Origin: an uncultured delta proteobacterium
GTDB lineage: Bacteria > Myxococcota > Myxococcia > Myxococcales > Anaeromyxobacteraceae
Length of the DNA: 64,000 nucleotides
Reading direction: 5' to 3'
Assembly (NCBI GenBank): GCA_963737085.1
Contig: CAVTRR010000005.1
Location: 173,409 to 237,408, forward strand
The number at the start of each line of letters is the position of its first letter. The stretch's first letter is position 1. The notes beneath the pieces were generated by a model. The model worked only from the letters and a program-made list of their open reading frames with translations. It searched no databases and had not been told where the DNA came from. Positions 51,255 to 62,521 of the stretch are shown one piece after another. A program made the position numbers and the translations under genes.

Positions 51255-52345
51255 GGCCTGACCTTCCCGTCGTGGACGACCAGCATCGCCTGGGCGATCT
51301 CGTCGCCGAGGTCGAGCGCGCCGTCCTTCGCGAGGTGCTGGATGAGCGTCTGGACGTTGCGGCCGTAGAGCTGGCTCGCGTGGAGCGGGACCATCGAGGG
51401 GACGTCGACGGGGCCGAGGATGGTCACCCCTGCCTCGACGACGGTCTCGCCCGGCCGCGTGAGCTCGCAGTTGCCGCCCGCCTCGGCGGCGAGGTCGACG
51501 ATCACCGAGCCGCGGCGCATCGACCTGACCATCGCCGCGGTGAGGAGCCGCGGCGCCGGCTTCCCGGGCACCGCCGCGGTGGTCACGACGAGGTCCATGT
51601 CCTTCACGTGGGCCGCGATGGCCGCGAGCACGCGCTCCTGCTCGGTCGCGGCGAGCTCCTTCGCGTACCCGCCGGCACCCTCCGCGGCGACGGCGGGGAC
51701 CTCGACGAAGGACGCGCCCAGCGACTGGACCTGCTCCTTCACCGCGGGCCGGACGTCCAGGGCGGAGACGATCGCGCCGAGCCGGCGCGCCGTGGCGATC
51801 GCCTGGAGCCCGGCCACCCCGGCGCCGACGACGAACGCCTTCGCCGGTGCGAGGGTGCCCGCGGCGGTCGTCATCATCGGGAGGATGCGCGGGAGCGCGT
51901 CCGCGCCGAGCAGCACCGCCTTGAACCCGGCGAGGGTCGCCTGCGAGGAGAGCGCGTCCATCGCCTGGGCCCGGGTGGTGCGCGGCACCCGCTCCATGGC
52001 GAGGGCGTCGACGCCGCGCGCGGCGAGGCGCGCGAGGAGGGCCCCGGCGCGCCCGGAGGCGAGCAGGCCGACGACGACCGCGCCGGGCGGCACGGCCTCC
52101 GCCTCGCGCGCGCCCGGCCCGCGGACCGTCGCCACGACGCGCGCGCCCTCGAGCGCCGCCGCCGCACCGTCGACGACCGAGGCGCCCGCCGCCGCGTAGG
52201 CGGGGTCCGCGAAGCCCGCCTCCTCGCCCGCGCCGCGCTCGACGCGCACCTCGTGCCCCTGCCGCGTGAGCCGCGCCACGCCGTCGGGGACGAGCGCGAC
52301 CCGCCGCTCCCCGGCGGCGGTCTCCTTCAGCACGGCGATGCGCAT
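51251..52345 (-). CDS. pntA: NAD(P) transhydrogenase alpha subunit part 1 (NAD-binding dI)
   Basis: KETAAGERRVALVP, RTTRAQAMDALSSQ, GAGVAGLQAI, GGYAK, DLAAEAGGNC. Confidence 0.93.
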   Translation of the reverse strand: MRIAVLKETAAGERRVALVPDGVARLTRQGHEVRVERGAGEEAGFADPAYAAAGASVVDGAAAALEGARVVATVRGPGAREAEAVPPGAVVVGLLASGRAGALLARLAARGVDALAMERVPRTTRAQAMDALSSQATLAGFKAVLLGADALPRILPMMTTAAGTLAPAKAFVVGAGVAGLQAIATARRLGAIVSALDVRPAVKEQVQSLGASFVEVPAVAAEGAGGYAKELAATEQERVLAAIAAHVKDMDLVVTTAAVPGKPAPRLLTAAMVRSMRRGSVIVDLAAEAGGNCELTRPGETVVEAGVTILGPVDVPSMVPLHASQLYGRNVQTLIQHLAKDGALDLGDEIAQAMLVVHDGKVRP

Positions 52346-52470
52346 CCTCTCCTCGGAGGTACGCGCCGGAGCGCCGCCTCGCAGACCCCGCGCGGGTCGG
52401 CGAGGCGGCGGACGAACGGCCGGCGAGTGCGCGCAAGGTGGGTACGCCGCGCGCCGGAGGGGAGGGCGAG

Positions 52471-52656
52471 ATGGAGAGACCCGGAGAGAACGCGCCCGAG
52501 ATCCCGCGCACGCCGAAGCCCGAGCCGGAGCTGCCCGGGCGCACGGGGGCGCCGCCGGGGCGGGAGATCCCCGGCATCCCCCGGCCCGAGCCGGAGCTGC
52601 CCCGGACTCCACGAAGGCCCGAGGCGCCGTTCGACCCGAACGCGCCGGGCCAGTAG
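52471..52656 (+). CDS. Small Pro/Glu-rich protein with an internal 22-aa repeat
   Basis: Strong GGAGGGGAGGG SD, 61 codons, duplicated EIP-x-x-P-x-PEPELP unit. Confidence 0.5.
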   Translation: MERPGENAPEIPRTPKPEPELPGRTGAPPGREIPGIPRPEPELPRTPRRPEAPFDPNAPGQ

Positions 52657-52714
52657 CGAGGCGTCGAGCCGAGGTGCCGGAGCGACGCCGGGACGCGGCG
52701 CCGCGATCGGGGGC

Positions 52715-53134
52715 TCAGCGCCCCTCGATGTACGTGTGCAGCTGCTCGATGAGGAACTGCTTCTCGTCGAGCATGAGCTGGATGATGTCGCGCATCGAGA
52801 CGACGCCGACGACCTGCCCGCGCTCCTCGACGAGCAGGTGGCGCGTCGCGTGGTCGCGCATGAGCGCCGCGCACTCCACCTCCGTGGCGTCCCCCGGCAC
52901 GCGCGGGACGCCCGGGCGCATCGCCTCCCGGATCGGCTGGTTCGCGGTGCCGGCGCGCGCGAGCACGGAGACGACCAGGTCGCGCTCGGTGACGAGGCCG
53001 ACGATGACGCCGTCCTCGCGCACGGCCACCGAGCCGATCTTCTTCTCCGCCATCACGCGGGCCGCGTCGCGGATCGGCGCGCCGGCCTCGAGCGCCACCA
53101 CGTCCCGGGTCATCTGCTTGCGGATCGACGCCAT
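52715..53134 (-). CDS. Stand-alone CBS-domain pair protein
   Basis: GGAGGAGG SD; MTRDVV, IGSVAV, GLVTERDL, RHLLV, GVVSMRD. Confidence 0.88.
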   Translation of the reverse strand: MASIRKQMTRDVVALEAGAPIRDAARVMAEKKIGSVAVREDGVIVGLVTERDLVVSVLARAGTANQPIREAMRPGVPRVPGDATEVECAALMRDHATRHLLVEERGQVVGVVSMRDIIQLMLDEKQFLIEQLHTYIEGR

Positions 53135-53202
53135 GGCTCGCCTCCTCCGACGGTGAACCATGACTAACCGGCGGCGGCGCCGCGGCCCTGCCCCGGAGGG
53201 GG

Positions 53203-53763
53203 CTAGAAGCCGTTGCGGTTGACCACCCAGATCCCGCCCGTGATCCCGCCGTACCGGTCGACGCACTCCGGCGGGGCGTCGGGCCGATTCCACACGATCC
53301 CGGCGAACTGCGCGTCGACCCCGTCCCAGCGCGGGCTGGAGTGCATCGGGTCGCCGAGCTCGTAGTGGCCGAGCTCGTGGAGCAGCTCGGCCGCCTCGAA
53401 GCAGCCGTGTGCGTCCGGGGCCACGCGCAGGGAGAGGGTGTGGTCGATGTAGTCCGTGCACCCGTCGTTCCGGTCGGCGAAGTAGCAGGGGTAGTCCGCG
53501 GTGTCGCGGTACTGGATGCGCCACCCGCCCAGGCTCGAGAGCCCCCAGTACGGGAGCTCCAGGTCGAGGAGCCGGTCCACCCGCCGCTGGGCGTCGGCGA
53601 GGTCCGGCGGGTCCTGCTCGAACTCGATGCAGGCCCCGTGGCTCTCGAAGTCGCAGTTCCACTGCTGGCACCCGGAGAGCGCGATCGAGGCCGCGAGCGC
53701 GAGCCCCCCGATCGTCCGCCGCCGCCGCCGCCCCGCCACGCCTTGAAGGTACGGCCACGGCAC
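53203..53763 (-). CDS. Lipoprotein with a HExxH zinc-binding motif
   Basis: Lipobox LSGC after a hydrophobic stretch; ELLHELGH; several Cys. Start approximate. Confidence 0.6.
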   Translation of the reverse strand: MPWPYLQGVAGRRRRRTIGGLALAASIALSGCQQWNCDFESHGACIEFEQDPPDLADAQRRVDRLLDLELPYWGLSSLGGWRIQYRDTADYPCYFADRNDGCTDYIDHTLSLRVAPDAHGCFEAAELLHELGHYELGDPMHSSPRWDGVDAQFAGIVWNRPDAPPECVDRYGGITGGIWVVNRNGF

Positions 53764-53886
53764 GGGCCCGGGACCTGCCCCGACGAGCGGTCGGGGCGGC
53801 GTGCCCCCGAACGGCGGCGCACTCCGGTGGCGCCTGCGGCGCGCCGCGGGGGTACGTTAGAGCGGAGCACCGGAGGGCAGGCCCGG

Positions 53887-55548
<1,662 letters not shown>

Positions 55549-55567
55549 GGGCGGGCGCGGCGGCGCC

Positions 55568-56050
55568 TCAGCCCCGCCGCACCAGGCTCGCGACGAGCCA
55601 GAGCCGGTCGCCGTAGGCCCGCTCCGCGCAGACCCACAGGCGCACGGACTCGCCGCCGGCGGCCGCGCGGCCGCCGGACTCCGGGCCCCACACCCACTCG
55701 CGCGCCTCGGCGCCGCCGCCGGTGCGGGGCGGCCCGGCCTCGCCGAGGAGCGCGAGCGCGATCCGGACGGGGTCGGCGGGCTCGGCCCCGACGACCTCGA
55801 CGTGCGTCACGATCCCCTCGCGGTCGGTCTCGACGTGCGCGACCGCGACGAGGTCGCCGTCGCGCGAGAGGGCGACGTCGGGCTCGGAGAGGTCCACGTT
55901 CAGCAGGCGGCGGCGCTCGGCGTCGAGGCCGATGGGGGGCGCCCACGGGCGCCAGCCGTGCGCGGCGAAGGCGTCGAGGGCGGCGCGGCGCGGCACGGCG
56001 AGCACCGCCTCGACGGGCGGGAGCGGGACGGCGGCGGCCCCGGCGCTCAT
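55568..56050 (-). CDS. Hypothetical protein coupled to the TldD-like gene
   Basis: ATG overlaps the upstream stop; host-like codon use; no family recognised. Confidence 0.55.
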   Translation of the reverse strand: MSAGAAAVPLPPVEAVLAVPRRAALDAFAAHGWRPWAPPIGLDAERRRLLNVDLSEPDVALSRDGDLVAVAHVETDREGIVTHVEVVGAEPADPVRIALALLGEAGPPRTGGGAEAREWVWGPESGGRAAAGGESVRLWVCAERAYGDRLWLVASLVRRG

Positions 56051-57777
56051 CGGGCGGCCTCCGCGCCGGGCGCGCCCGAGGGCGCGCTCGACCAGGGCGA
56101 CGGCAGGATCGGGCTCCGGTCGTTCGCCCGGGCGACCCGCTGCAGCTCGATCTCCCCGACGAGCACGGCCGGGGCGACCGTGGCGACCGGCACGTAGCCG
56201 CTCTCGGCCCCGCAGTAGCCGTTGAAGACGCGCGGCTCCTCCGAGGTGGCGAGCACCTTGTTCACGCTCGTGAGCGGCGTGCCCACCAGCTCCACGCCGC
56301 GGACCAGCTCCTCCCTGCCGGTCTTCGCGTCGACGCGGAGCACGAGGCGCGGGGTGCCCTTGAACGCCTGGTACCCCCAGGACGCCGTGTTGGTGTTGCC
56401 GCCGGTGATGTCGCGGATGACGAGGCCGAACGGCTTGCCCTGCCGGCGCGCCTCGGCCATGAGCCGCTTCTTCAGCTCGGGCCAGGGGACGCGCCGCGAG
56501 GACTCGACGACGAGGTTCGCCATCCGCGCCACGGGCTGCCGGGCGCCCTGGCTGCGGCCGTGGCCGTTCGAGCGCTCGAAGGGCTTCACCGGCTTGCGGG
56601 AGAGCAGGTAGGTCTCGAGCCGGCCGTCCTTCACGAGGACCGTCCGGCGCGCGGGGACGCCCTCCTCGTCGAACGCGTACGAGCCGTTCAGCGCGACGCC
56701 GCCGGCGCGCTCGAGCGTCGGGTCGTCCACCACGGTGAGGAAGGGCGGCAGGACCCGCTGCCCGACCTGCCCCTTGTACGTCTGCCCCTCCTTGTCGTCC
56801 TCGATGCGGTCCCCCTCGAGGCGGTGGCCCACCGCCTCGTGGAAGAGCACGCCGGCCGCCTCCGACTCCAGGATGGCGGGGCCGGTGTAGGGGTCGATCG
56901 CCGGGGCGATGCGCAGCGCGGCCAGCTCCGCGATCACGGCGCCCACGGCCGCGCGCACGGCCTCGGGGGAGGGGAGCTCCCCCTCGACCCGCGCGTAGAA
57001 GTCGCGGCCGTCCTCGAGGAGCTGCCCGTCGACGGCGCGCGTCACGGCGGCCACGTGGAGGCCGTAGAGGGTCTGCTCGGTCACGAGGGCCGAGCCCTCG
57101 CTCGAGGCGAACCAGCGGATCTGCCGCTCGGCGACGACCTTCACCGAGGAGTCGAACACCTCGGGGTGGGCGCGGAACAGCGCCGTCGCGTCGCGGACCG
57201 CCGCGCGCCAGCGCTCGCGGTCGAACGGGAACGGCCGCGGGGGGTCCACGTGGCGCGAGGGCGCCTCGCGCGACAGGCTCGGGGCGCGATCGCGGTCGTC
57301 CGGCCGGTAGATCTCCCGCGACTTCTTCTTGAAGAAGGACGCGAGCGCCTCCTTGTAGCGCTCGTCGGTCGCGAGCCAGAGGGCGTTCCGCAGCGCGGCG
57401 GCGTCGCCCTCGAGCGGCGCGTCCCGCGGCGCGACCCAGCTCGGCCCGTCCCCGCCGAGGACGATGGTCTGGTCGTCGGCGGCGGAGGAGTCGAGGTCGT
57501 AGCTGCCGACGCGGACGTCGACGAAGAGGTTGCGGTCGCGCCGGGCCGCGTCCTCGTAGATCGCGCCGTACCGGCCGGCGATCTCGTGGCGCGCCACGTC
57601 CTTCACCTGGTAGGCGATGAAGTAGGGCGCGTCGTACCGCTCGAGCCGGAGCCGCTCCCCGGAGCGGGCGAGCTCGGCCGTCATGGCGGCGAGGACCTCG
57701 GCGCGCTCGTCCGCGGGGGGCCGCTCGGGGGCGGCGGGCGCGGCGGCGACGGCGAGGGCGAGGGCGAGGGCGAACAT
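56047..57777 (-). CDS. tldD: TldD/PmbA family metalloprotease
   Basis: VLFHEAVGHRLEG, VVDDPT, YAFDEEG, NGHGR, RMANL, GYCG; hydrophobic N-terminus. Confidence 0.88.
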   Translation of the reverse strand: MFALALALAVAAAPAAPERPPADERAEVLAAMTAELARSGERLRLERYDAPYFIAYQVKDVARHEIAGRYGAIYEDAARRDRNLFVDVRVGSYDLDSSAADDQTIVLGGDGPSWVAPRDAPLEGDAAALRNALWLATDERYKEALASFFKKKSREIYRPDDRDRAPSLSREAPSRHVDPPRPFPFDRERWRAAVRDATALFRAHPEVFDSSVKVVAERQIRWFASSEGSALVTEQTLYGLHVAAVTRAVDGQLLEDGRDFYARVEGELPSPEAVRAAVGAVIAELAALRIAPAIDPYTGPAILESEAAGVLFHEAVGHRLEGDRIEDDKEGQTYKGQVGQRVLPPFLTVVDDPTLERAGGVALNGSYAFDEEGVPARRTVLVKDGRLETYLLSRKPVKPFERSNGHGRSQGARQPVARMANLVVESSRRVPWPELKKRLMAEARRQGKPFGLVIRDITGGNTNTASWGYQAFKGTPRLVLRVDAKTGREELVRGVELVGTPLTSVNKVLATSEEPRVFNGYCGAESGYVPVATVAPAVLVGEIELQRVARANDRSPILPSPWSSAPSGAPGAEAAR

Positions 57778-57790
57778 CCCCCGTACCTAG

Positions 57791-57913
57791 CACGGCGCGC
57801 CCATCCGCGCCGTGAGCATCAAGGGGGAGTGCTCGGCTCGCGCATTGCTTCGCGGCGCGAGCCTGCGCTCCCCCACACCCCCGCTCGCTCCGGGCAGCCT
57901 CATCCGGCTGCCC
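57791..57913. repeat. Cluster of three hairpins (REP-like element)
   Basis: CACGGCGCG/CGCGCCGTG; GGGGGAGTGC...GCGCTCCCCC enclosing GGCTCGCGC/GCGCGAGCC; GGGCAGCC/GGCTGCCC. Confidence 0.5.
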
Positions 57914-57926
57914 CGGCGCTCGCGGC

Positions 57927-59267
57927 TCAGGCCTTCACGATCTTCTCGCGCCCGACCCTCACCGCCCGGCAGGCGTTGCGCGCGTCCACCACGAGCTGCG
58001 CCCGCTCGACCACCCGCGCGTAGTCGACGCAGGAGTGGTCGGTCGCGACGAGGACCGCGTCCGCCGACGCGAGCGCGTCGTCGGTGAGCGGCACGCTCAC
58101 CATGTCGAGGTGGTGCTGGCGCATGCGCGGGACGCGCGGGACGAAGGGGTCGTGGTAGACGACCTGCGCGCCGCGCTCGCGGAGCAGCTCGATGATGCGG
58201 ACGGCGGGGCTCTCGCGCATGTCGTCGACGTCGCGCTTGTAGGCGATGCCGAGCACGAGCACCTTCGCGCCGTTCATCGCCTTGCCGCGCGCGTTGAGCG
58301 CCTCCATGGCGCGCTGCACGACGTAGCGCGGCATCTCCACGTTCACCTCGCCGGCGAGCTCGATGAAGCGGGTCTGGAACTCGTACTGGCGCGCCTTCCA
58401 CGTCAGGTAGAAGGGGTCGATGGGGATGCAGTGCCCGCCGAGGCCGGGGCCGGGCTGGAACGGCATGAACCCGAACGGCTTCGTGGAGGCGGCGTCGATC
58501 ACCTCGTTCACGTCCATGCCCATGCGGTGGCAGAGCATCTTCAGCTCGTTCACGAGCGCGATGTTCACCCCGCGGAAGACGTTCTCGAGGAGCTTCGACA
58601 TCTCCGCGACGCGCGTCGACGAGACCGGCACGACGCGGTCGAACGCCGCGCCGTAGAGCGCGAGCGCCGCCTCGAGGCAGGCGGGGGTGTGCCCGCCCAC
58701 GATCTTGGGGATGCTCCGCGTGGCGACCCCCGAGCCCGGGTCCTCCCGCTCGGGGGAGAAGGCGAGGAAGAGGTCGTGGCCGGCCCGCAGCCCGCTGCCG
58801 CGCTCGAGGATGGGGAGCAGCACCTCCTCGGTGGTCCCGGGCCAGGTGGTGGACTCGAGGACGACGAGCTGGCCGGCGCGGAGCCAGGGCGCGAGCGCCT
58901 CGGCGGTGCGCACGACGAACGAGAGGTCCGGCTCGCGCTCGGGGGTGAGCGGGGTCGGCACGCAGATGACGGCGGCGTCGCAGTCCGCCACGCCGGCGAA
59001 CTCGGTCGTCGCGGCGAGCCGGCCGCCGCGCACCGCCTCGGCGACGGCGGCCCCGTCGACGTGCTTGATGTAGCTGCGCCCCTCGGAGATGGCGCGCGCC
59101 TTCGCCGGGTCGACGTCGACGCCGAGCGCGGCGATCCCCCGGCCGGAGAAGGTGAGCGCGAGGGGGAGCCCCACGTAGCCGAGCCCCACCACCGCCACGC
59201 GGGCGTGCCGCTCGGCGATGCGGGTGAGCAGCGAGGAGCCGTAAGGGGCGCCGGTCGTCTCGATCAT
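57927..59267 (-). CDS. Nucleotide-sugar 6-dehydrogenase (second WbpA/WecC-like paralogue)
   Basis: GLGYVGLP, ICVPTP, ESTTWPGTT, FSPEREDPG, GPGLGGHCIP, GIAYK, RESP. Confidence 0.92.
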   Translation of the reverse strand: MIETTGAPYGSSLLTRIAERHARVAVVGLGYVGLPLALTFSGRGIAALGVDVDPAKARAISEGRSYIKHVDGAAVAEAVRGGRLAATTEFAGVADCDAAVICVPTPLTPEREPDLSFVVRTAEALAPWLRAGQLVVLESTTWPGTTEEVLLPILERGSGLRAGHDLFLAFSPEREDPGSGVATRSIPKIVGGHTPACLEAALALYGAAFDRVVPVSSTRVAEMSKLLENVFRGVNIALVNELKMLCHRMGMDVNEVIDAASTKPFGFMPFQPGPGLGGHCIPIDPFYLTWKARQYEFQTRFIELAGEVNVEMPRYVVQRAMEALNARGKAMNGAKVLVLGIAYKRDVDDMRESPAVRIIELLRERGAQVVYHDPFVPRVPRMRQHHLDMVSVPLTDDALASADAVLVATDHSCVDYARVVERAQLVVDARNACRAVRVGREKIVKA

Positions 59268-61372
59268 GGGAGGGTGCTCCGGTCGGGGAGGTGCAGGAAC
59301 AGCGTGGCGAGCGCCGCCGGGCACGCGAGCGCGCCCGCGAGGAGCGCCGTGGATCCGTCCGCGAGCTGCCCGTAGCCGGGCGAGCGGAGCGAAGGGCCGA
59401 TCTCGGGGACGAGCCCCGGGGGGCAGGCGAAGGCGACGAGGAGCCTCCCCCCCGCGCCGAGCGGGACCTCGACCGCGTGGGCCTCGTCGAGCGGCCATGG
59501 CAGCCGCGCCGCGCGCGCGAGCCGGGCCAGGGCGGCCGCCTCGCGCCGCGCGAGAGGGCGCAGCGTCGCGCTCGGGCTGGGGAAGGGCCAGCGCAGCTCC
59601 ACCTCGTGGGCGGCGGCGCCGCCGCCGGCGAGCCGGTCCACCACGGCGACGCCCCCCGCGGTCACCGCGATCTCGCGCCGGTGGACCACCCCGGCGCGGG
59701 CGAAGCCGCGGTGCTCGCCGACGAGCACCGCCGCGGGGCCGCCCGGCTCGAAGGCGACGAGGCGGGCCCCCGACACGTCGGGGAGCGCGAAGAGCCGCTC
59801 CGGCAGGATGGGGGCCTGCTCGAGCCCGTCCACCACCAGCGTCGCGTGCGCGCGCGTGGCGCGGAACGCGTTCCTGAGGTCGGGGTCGCCGGTGTAGCTC
59901 GGGCTGCCCGGGTCGCACACGGCGAGCGCCCCGCCCGCGAACAGCTCGAGCGACAGCTTGTCGTTGTGCGAGTGGCCGCCGATGCCGCGCTGCCCGTTCG
60001 CGCCGCAGGACACCACCACCTCGAACCGGCCGCGGCGGAGCGCGTGGAACCCGCCCTGCGGGAACGAGGCGCTCGCCGGCGGGCGCCCCGGCCGCATCCG
60101 CGCGAGCGCGTCGAGCGCCCGCGGCCCGAGGAGCCAGGCCGCCTCGACGGCGTCCCGCGCGCCGGGCGCGACGAGGAGCGAGGCGTCGAGGAAGAGGGCG
60201 GCGCCGAGCGGCAGCAGGTAGCCGCCCTCGGTGGGCCCGCGCTCGCGGAGCGCGAGCACGTGGCCGGAGTCGTTGTCGCCGATCTGCGGGATGTGGCCGG
60301 ACGAGGAGAGCAGGGCGCGCGTCGAGCGGAAGAGCCGGGCGAGCCGCCGGGCGTAGGCGCCCCCCAGCGGGCGCCGCGCGGCGCGCGCGAGGATCGCCCC
60401 GGCCGAGAAGAGCTCGACGGCGAGCCGCTGGTAGGGGAGCGATCCCTCGAAGCTCGTGCCGTCGTCGTGGACCTGGTCGGCGAGGGCTGCCCCGAGGCCG
60501 GCGAGGGCGAGCGCGCGCCAGCGCACCGCCTCCGGCCACTCGGGGAGCGCCTCGGCGCAGGCGAGCAGGCCGAGCCAGTCGGCGGCGAGGTGGTTGTTCG
60601 GGACGGCGGTGTCGTCCTCGAGGTGCGCGAGCACGAAGCGGCCGGTGGCGACGAACAGCCGGGCCGCCTCGACCGCGAGGTCGGGGTCGGGCGGCGCGCC
60701 GCGCGCCGAGACGATCCACAGGGCGAGGGAGAGGTTCCAGGCGCGGAGCGCCGCCTCCATCGCGCTGGTCCAGTGCGCGCCGTGCCCGACCGGGTTCTCG
60801 GCCGCGAAGTCGCGGACCGAGGCCGAGAGCGCCGCGGCGAGCTCGCCGCCGCGGCGCGCGTCGAGCACGGCGCCCTGCGCGAGCGCCACCCACTGCTCGC
60901 CGCGCCCCACCGCCCACGCCATCTTGAGGTCGAGGCCCGGCGCGAGCGGGAGCGCGCTCGACGGGGCCCACGCCGCGAACCGGCCGCCGTGGAGGGGATC
61001 GAGCTGCCAGTCGGTGCCGCCGCCCGGGCGCGCGACGCAGACCTCCTCGCCGAAGACGGCCAGGCGCCCCGCCGCCGCGGCCTCCGCGCGGGCGATCGCG
61101 CGCTCCACCTCGCCGGGGGCGTGCCGATCGAGGGCGGCCCGAAGCGTGCGGGGCGTCCACGGCGGCGGCGAGGGGCGCGGCCGGCCGAGGAGGCGCGCGA
61201 GGGCGGGGGCGCCGTCGCAGCCGAGCACGTCGAGGAGCCGGTCCCGCGCGGGAGAGAGCGGCGGCGCGAGCCGGTTCACCGCGAGGCGCGCCGCGCGCCG
61301 CGCCGCCTTGGCGAGCAGGCGCCGCGGAGCGACCCGCGTCGCCAGGAAGCCGTAATAGCCGAGGGTACCCAC
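59264..61372 (-). CDS. Heparinase II/III family protein
   Basis: DWQLDP, NPVGHGAHW, NNHLAAD, DGTSFEGS-x-x-YQR, PQIGDNDSG, GHSHNDKLS, RNAFRATRAHAT; GGAGAGG SD. Confidence 0.85.
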   Translation of the reverse strand: MGTLGYYGFLATRVAPRRLLAKAARRAARLAVNRLAPPLSPARDRLLDVLGCDGAPALARLLGRPRPSPPPWTPRTLRAALDRHAPGEVERAIARAEAAAAGRLAVFGEEVCVARPGGGTDWQLDPLHGGRFAAWAPSSALPLAPGLDLKMAWAVGRGEQWVALAQGAVLDARRGGELAAALSASVRDFAAENPVGHGAHWTSAMEAALRAWNLSLALWIVSARGAPPDPDLAVEAARLFVATGRFVLAHLEDDTAVPNNHLAADWLGLLACAEALPEWPEAVRWRALALAGLGAALADQVHDDGTSFEGSLPYQRLAVELFSAGAILARAARRPLGGAYARRLARLFRSTRALLSSSGHIPQIGDNDSGHVLALRERGPTEGGYLLPLGAALFLDASLLVAPGARDAVEAAWLLGPRALDALARMRPGRPPASASFPQGGFHALRRGRFEVVVSCGANGQRGIGGHSHNDKLSLELFAGGALAVCDPGSPSYTGDPDLRNAFRATRAHATLVVDGLEQAPILPERLFALPDVSGARLVAFEPGGPAAVLVGEHRGFARAGVVHRREIAVTAGGVAVVDRLAGGGAAAHEVELRWPFPSPSATLRPLARREAAALARLARAARLPWPLDEAHAVEVPLGAGGRLLVAFACPPGLVPEIGPSLRSPGYGQLADGSTALLAGALACPAALATLFLHLPDRSTLP

Positions 61373-61654
61373 CCGTCCACCTCTCCGGCTCCAGAGGGGG
61401 AGCCGGCGGACGCGGGAGTAGCAAACGCCCGGCCACCGCGAGCGGGGCGGCGGGGCGCGGCCGGGGCGGTCGCGGGCGCGGCATCCCCACCTCCGCGGTC
61501 GCCCGCCGTTCTCCGGGTGGGCAACGCCGTTCCCACCGGCGAGGCCCGAGCGCGCGCGGGCGCGCTCCTCCGCCGCTGGCAGGCGCCTTGCTTCGTGCTC
61601 CATCGGCGGGTCCGGCCGGCTCCGGGCCCCGGGTCGACGCGAGGGAGGCGGGGC

Positions 61655-62200
61655 GTGCGAGCGGCGGCGGTGGGGCTCCTCGTGGAGGAGCAGCGGGGAG
61701 AGGTGGCGTCGGCATGGAAGCGCGCGGTCGAGCAGGAGCTCGGCGGCGAGCCAGCGCTCGGTTTTGCGGTAGGGCCGCTGCTCCGCGAGATGTCCCTCGC
61801 GCTGCGGGCGGACACCCCGCCCTCCCGCGCGCCGGGCGAGGCGGCGCCCCGCTCGGCGGTGCTCGTCCGATCCGCCGCGCCTCCCGCCCGGGTCGCGCGC
61901 GAGTTCAAGCTGCTCCACCGCGCGCTCTGGGAGACGCTCCGCGCCGCCGGGCACGTGGTGGGGGCCGCCGAGCGCCGCGCCGCCGACGAGTGGCTCGACG
62001 AGGCGCTCGCCGCCGCGCTCGATCGCCTCGACCGGGTGCGCATGCGCATCGACCTGCTCGAGCGCGGGCCGGCGGTGATCCCGGCCTCCCGCGCCGCGCC
62101 GGCCGCATCGTCGAGGCCGCCGCCGCTCCCGCACCAGCGCGCGGCGCGACCGCCGCCGCTGCCCACGCTCGCGGAGCCGCTCGGCTCCCTCGGCGAGTAG
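61655..62200 (+). CDS. Hypothetical protein with an RsbRD N-terminal-like helical domain
   Basis: GGGAGG SD; EVASAWKRAV, VAREFKLLHRALWE, EWLDEAL; Pro-rich tail. Confidence 0.55.
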   Translation: MRAAAVGLLVEEQRGEVASAWKRAVEQELGGEPALGFAVGPLLREMSLALRADTPPSRAPGEAAPRSAVLVRSAAPPARVAREFKLLHRALWETLRAAGHVVGAAERRAADEWLDEALAAALDRLDRVRMRIDLLERGPAVIPASRAAPAASSRPPPLPHQRAARPPPLPTLAEPLGSLGE

Positions 62201-62521
62201 CCGCGGGCGACCTCCTCGGCGCCCACCGCCGCCGGCGCGGCGGGCGCCCGCCAAGTGACCGCCCCAATTTCGCCGCGGGCGAACCTGCGCCCGCAGTGAA
62301 GCCGTGCCGCCGGGGGCACGCTCGCCCGGCCCTGCCCCCCGTAACCCCAGCGCGAGCCCGGGAAACAACCGGCCAGGCGAGCCTCGCGCCGGCACGCGCT
62401 CCCTGTCGTGCCGGGCGGGCACGAGGCTCCTCCACGCCCGCTCCCGAGCCCCCTCCCTGGAAATGCGGTCGCCAGGCCCTCCGTTCAGGTGGCGAAAACC
62501 CGAACGGAAGGAGCCGACCCA

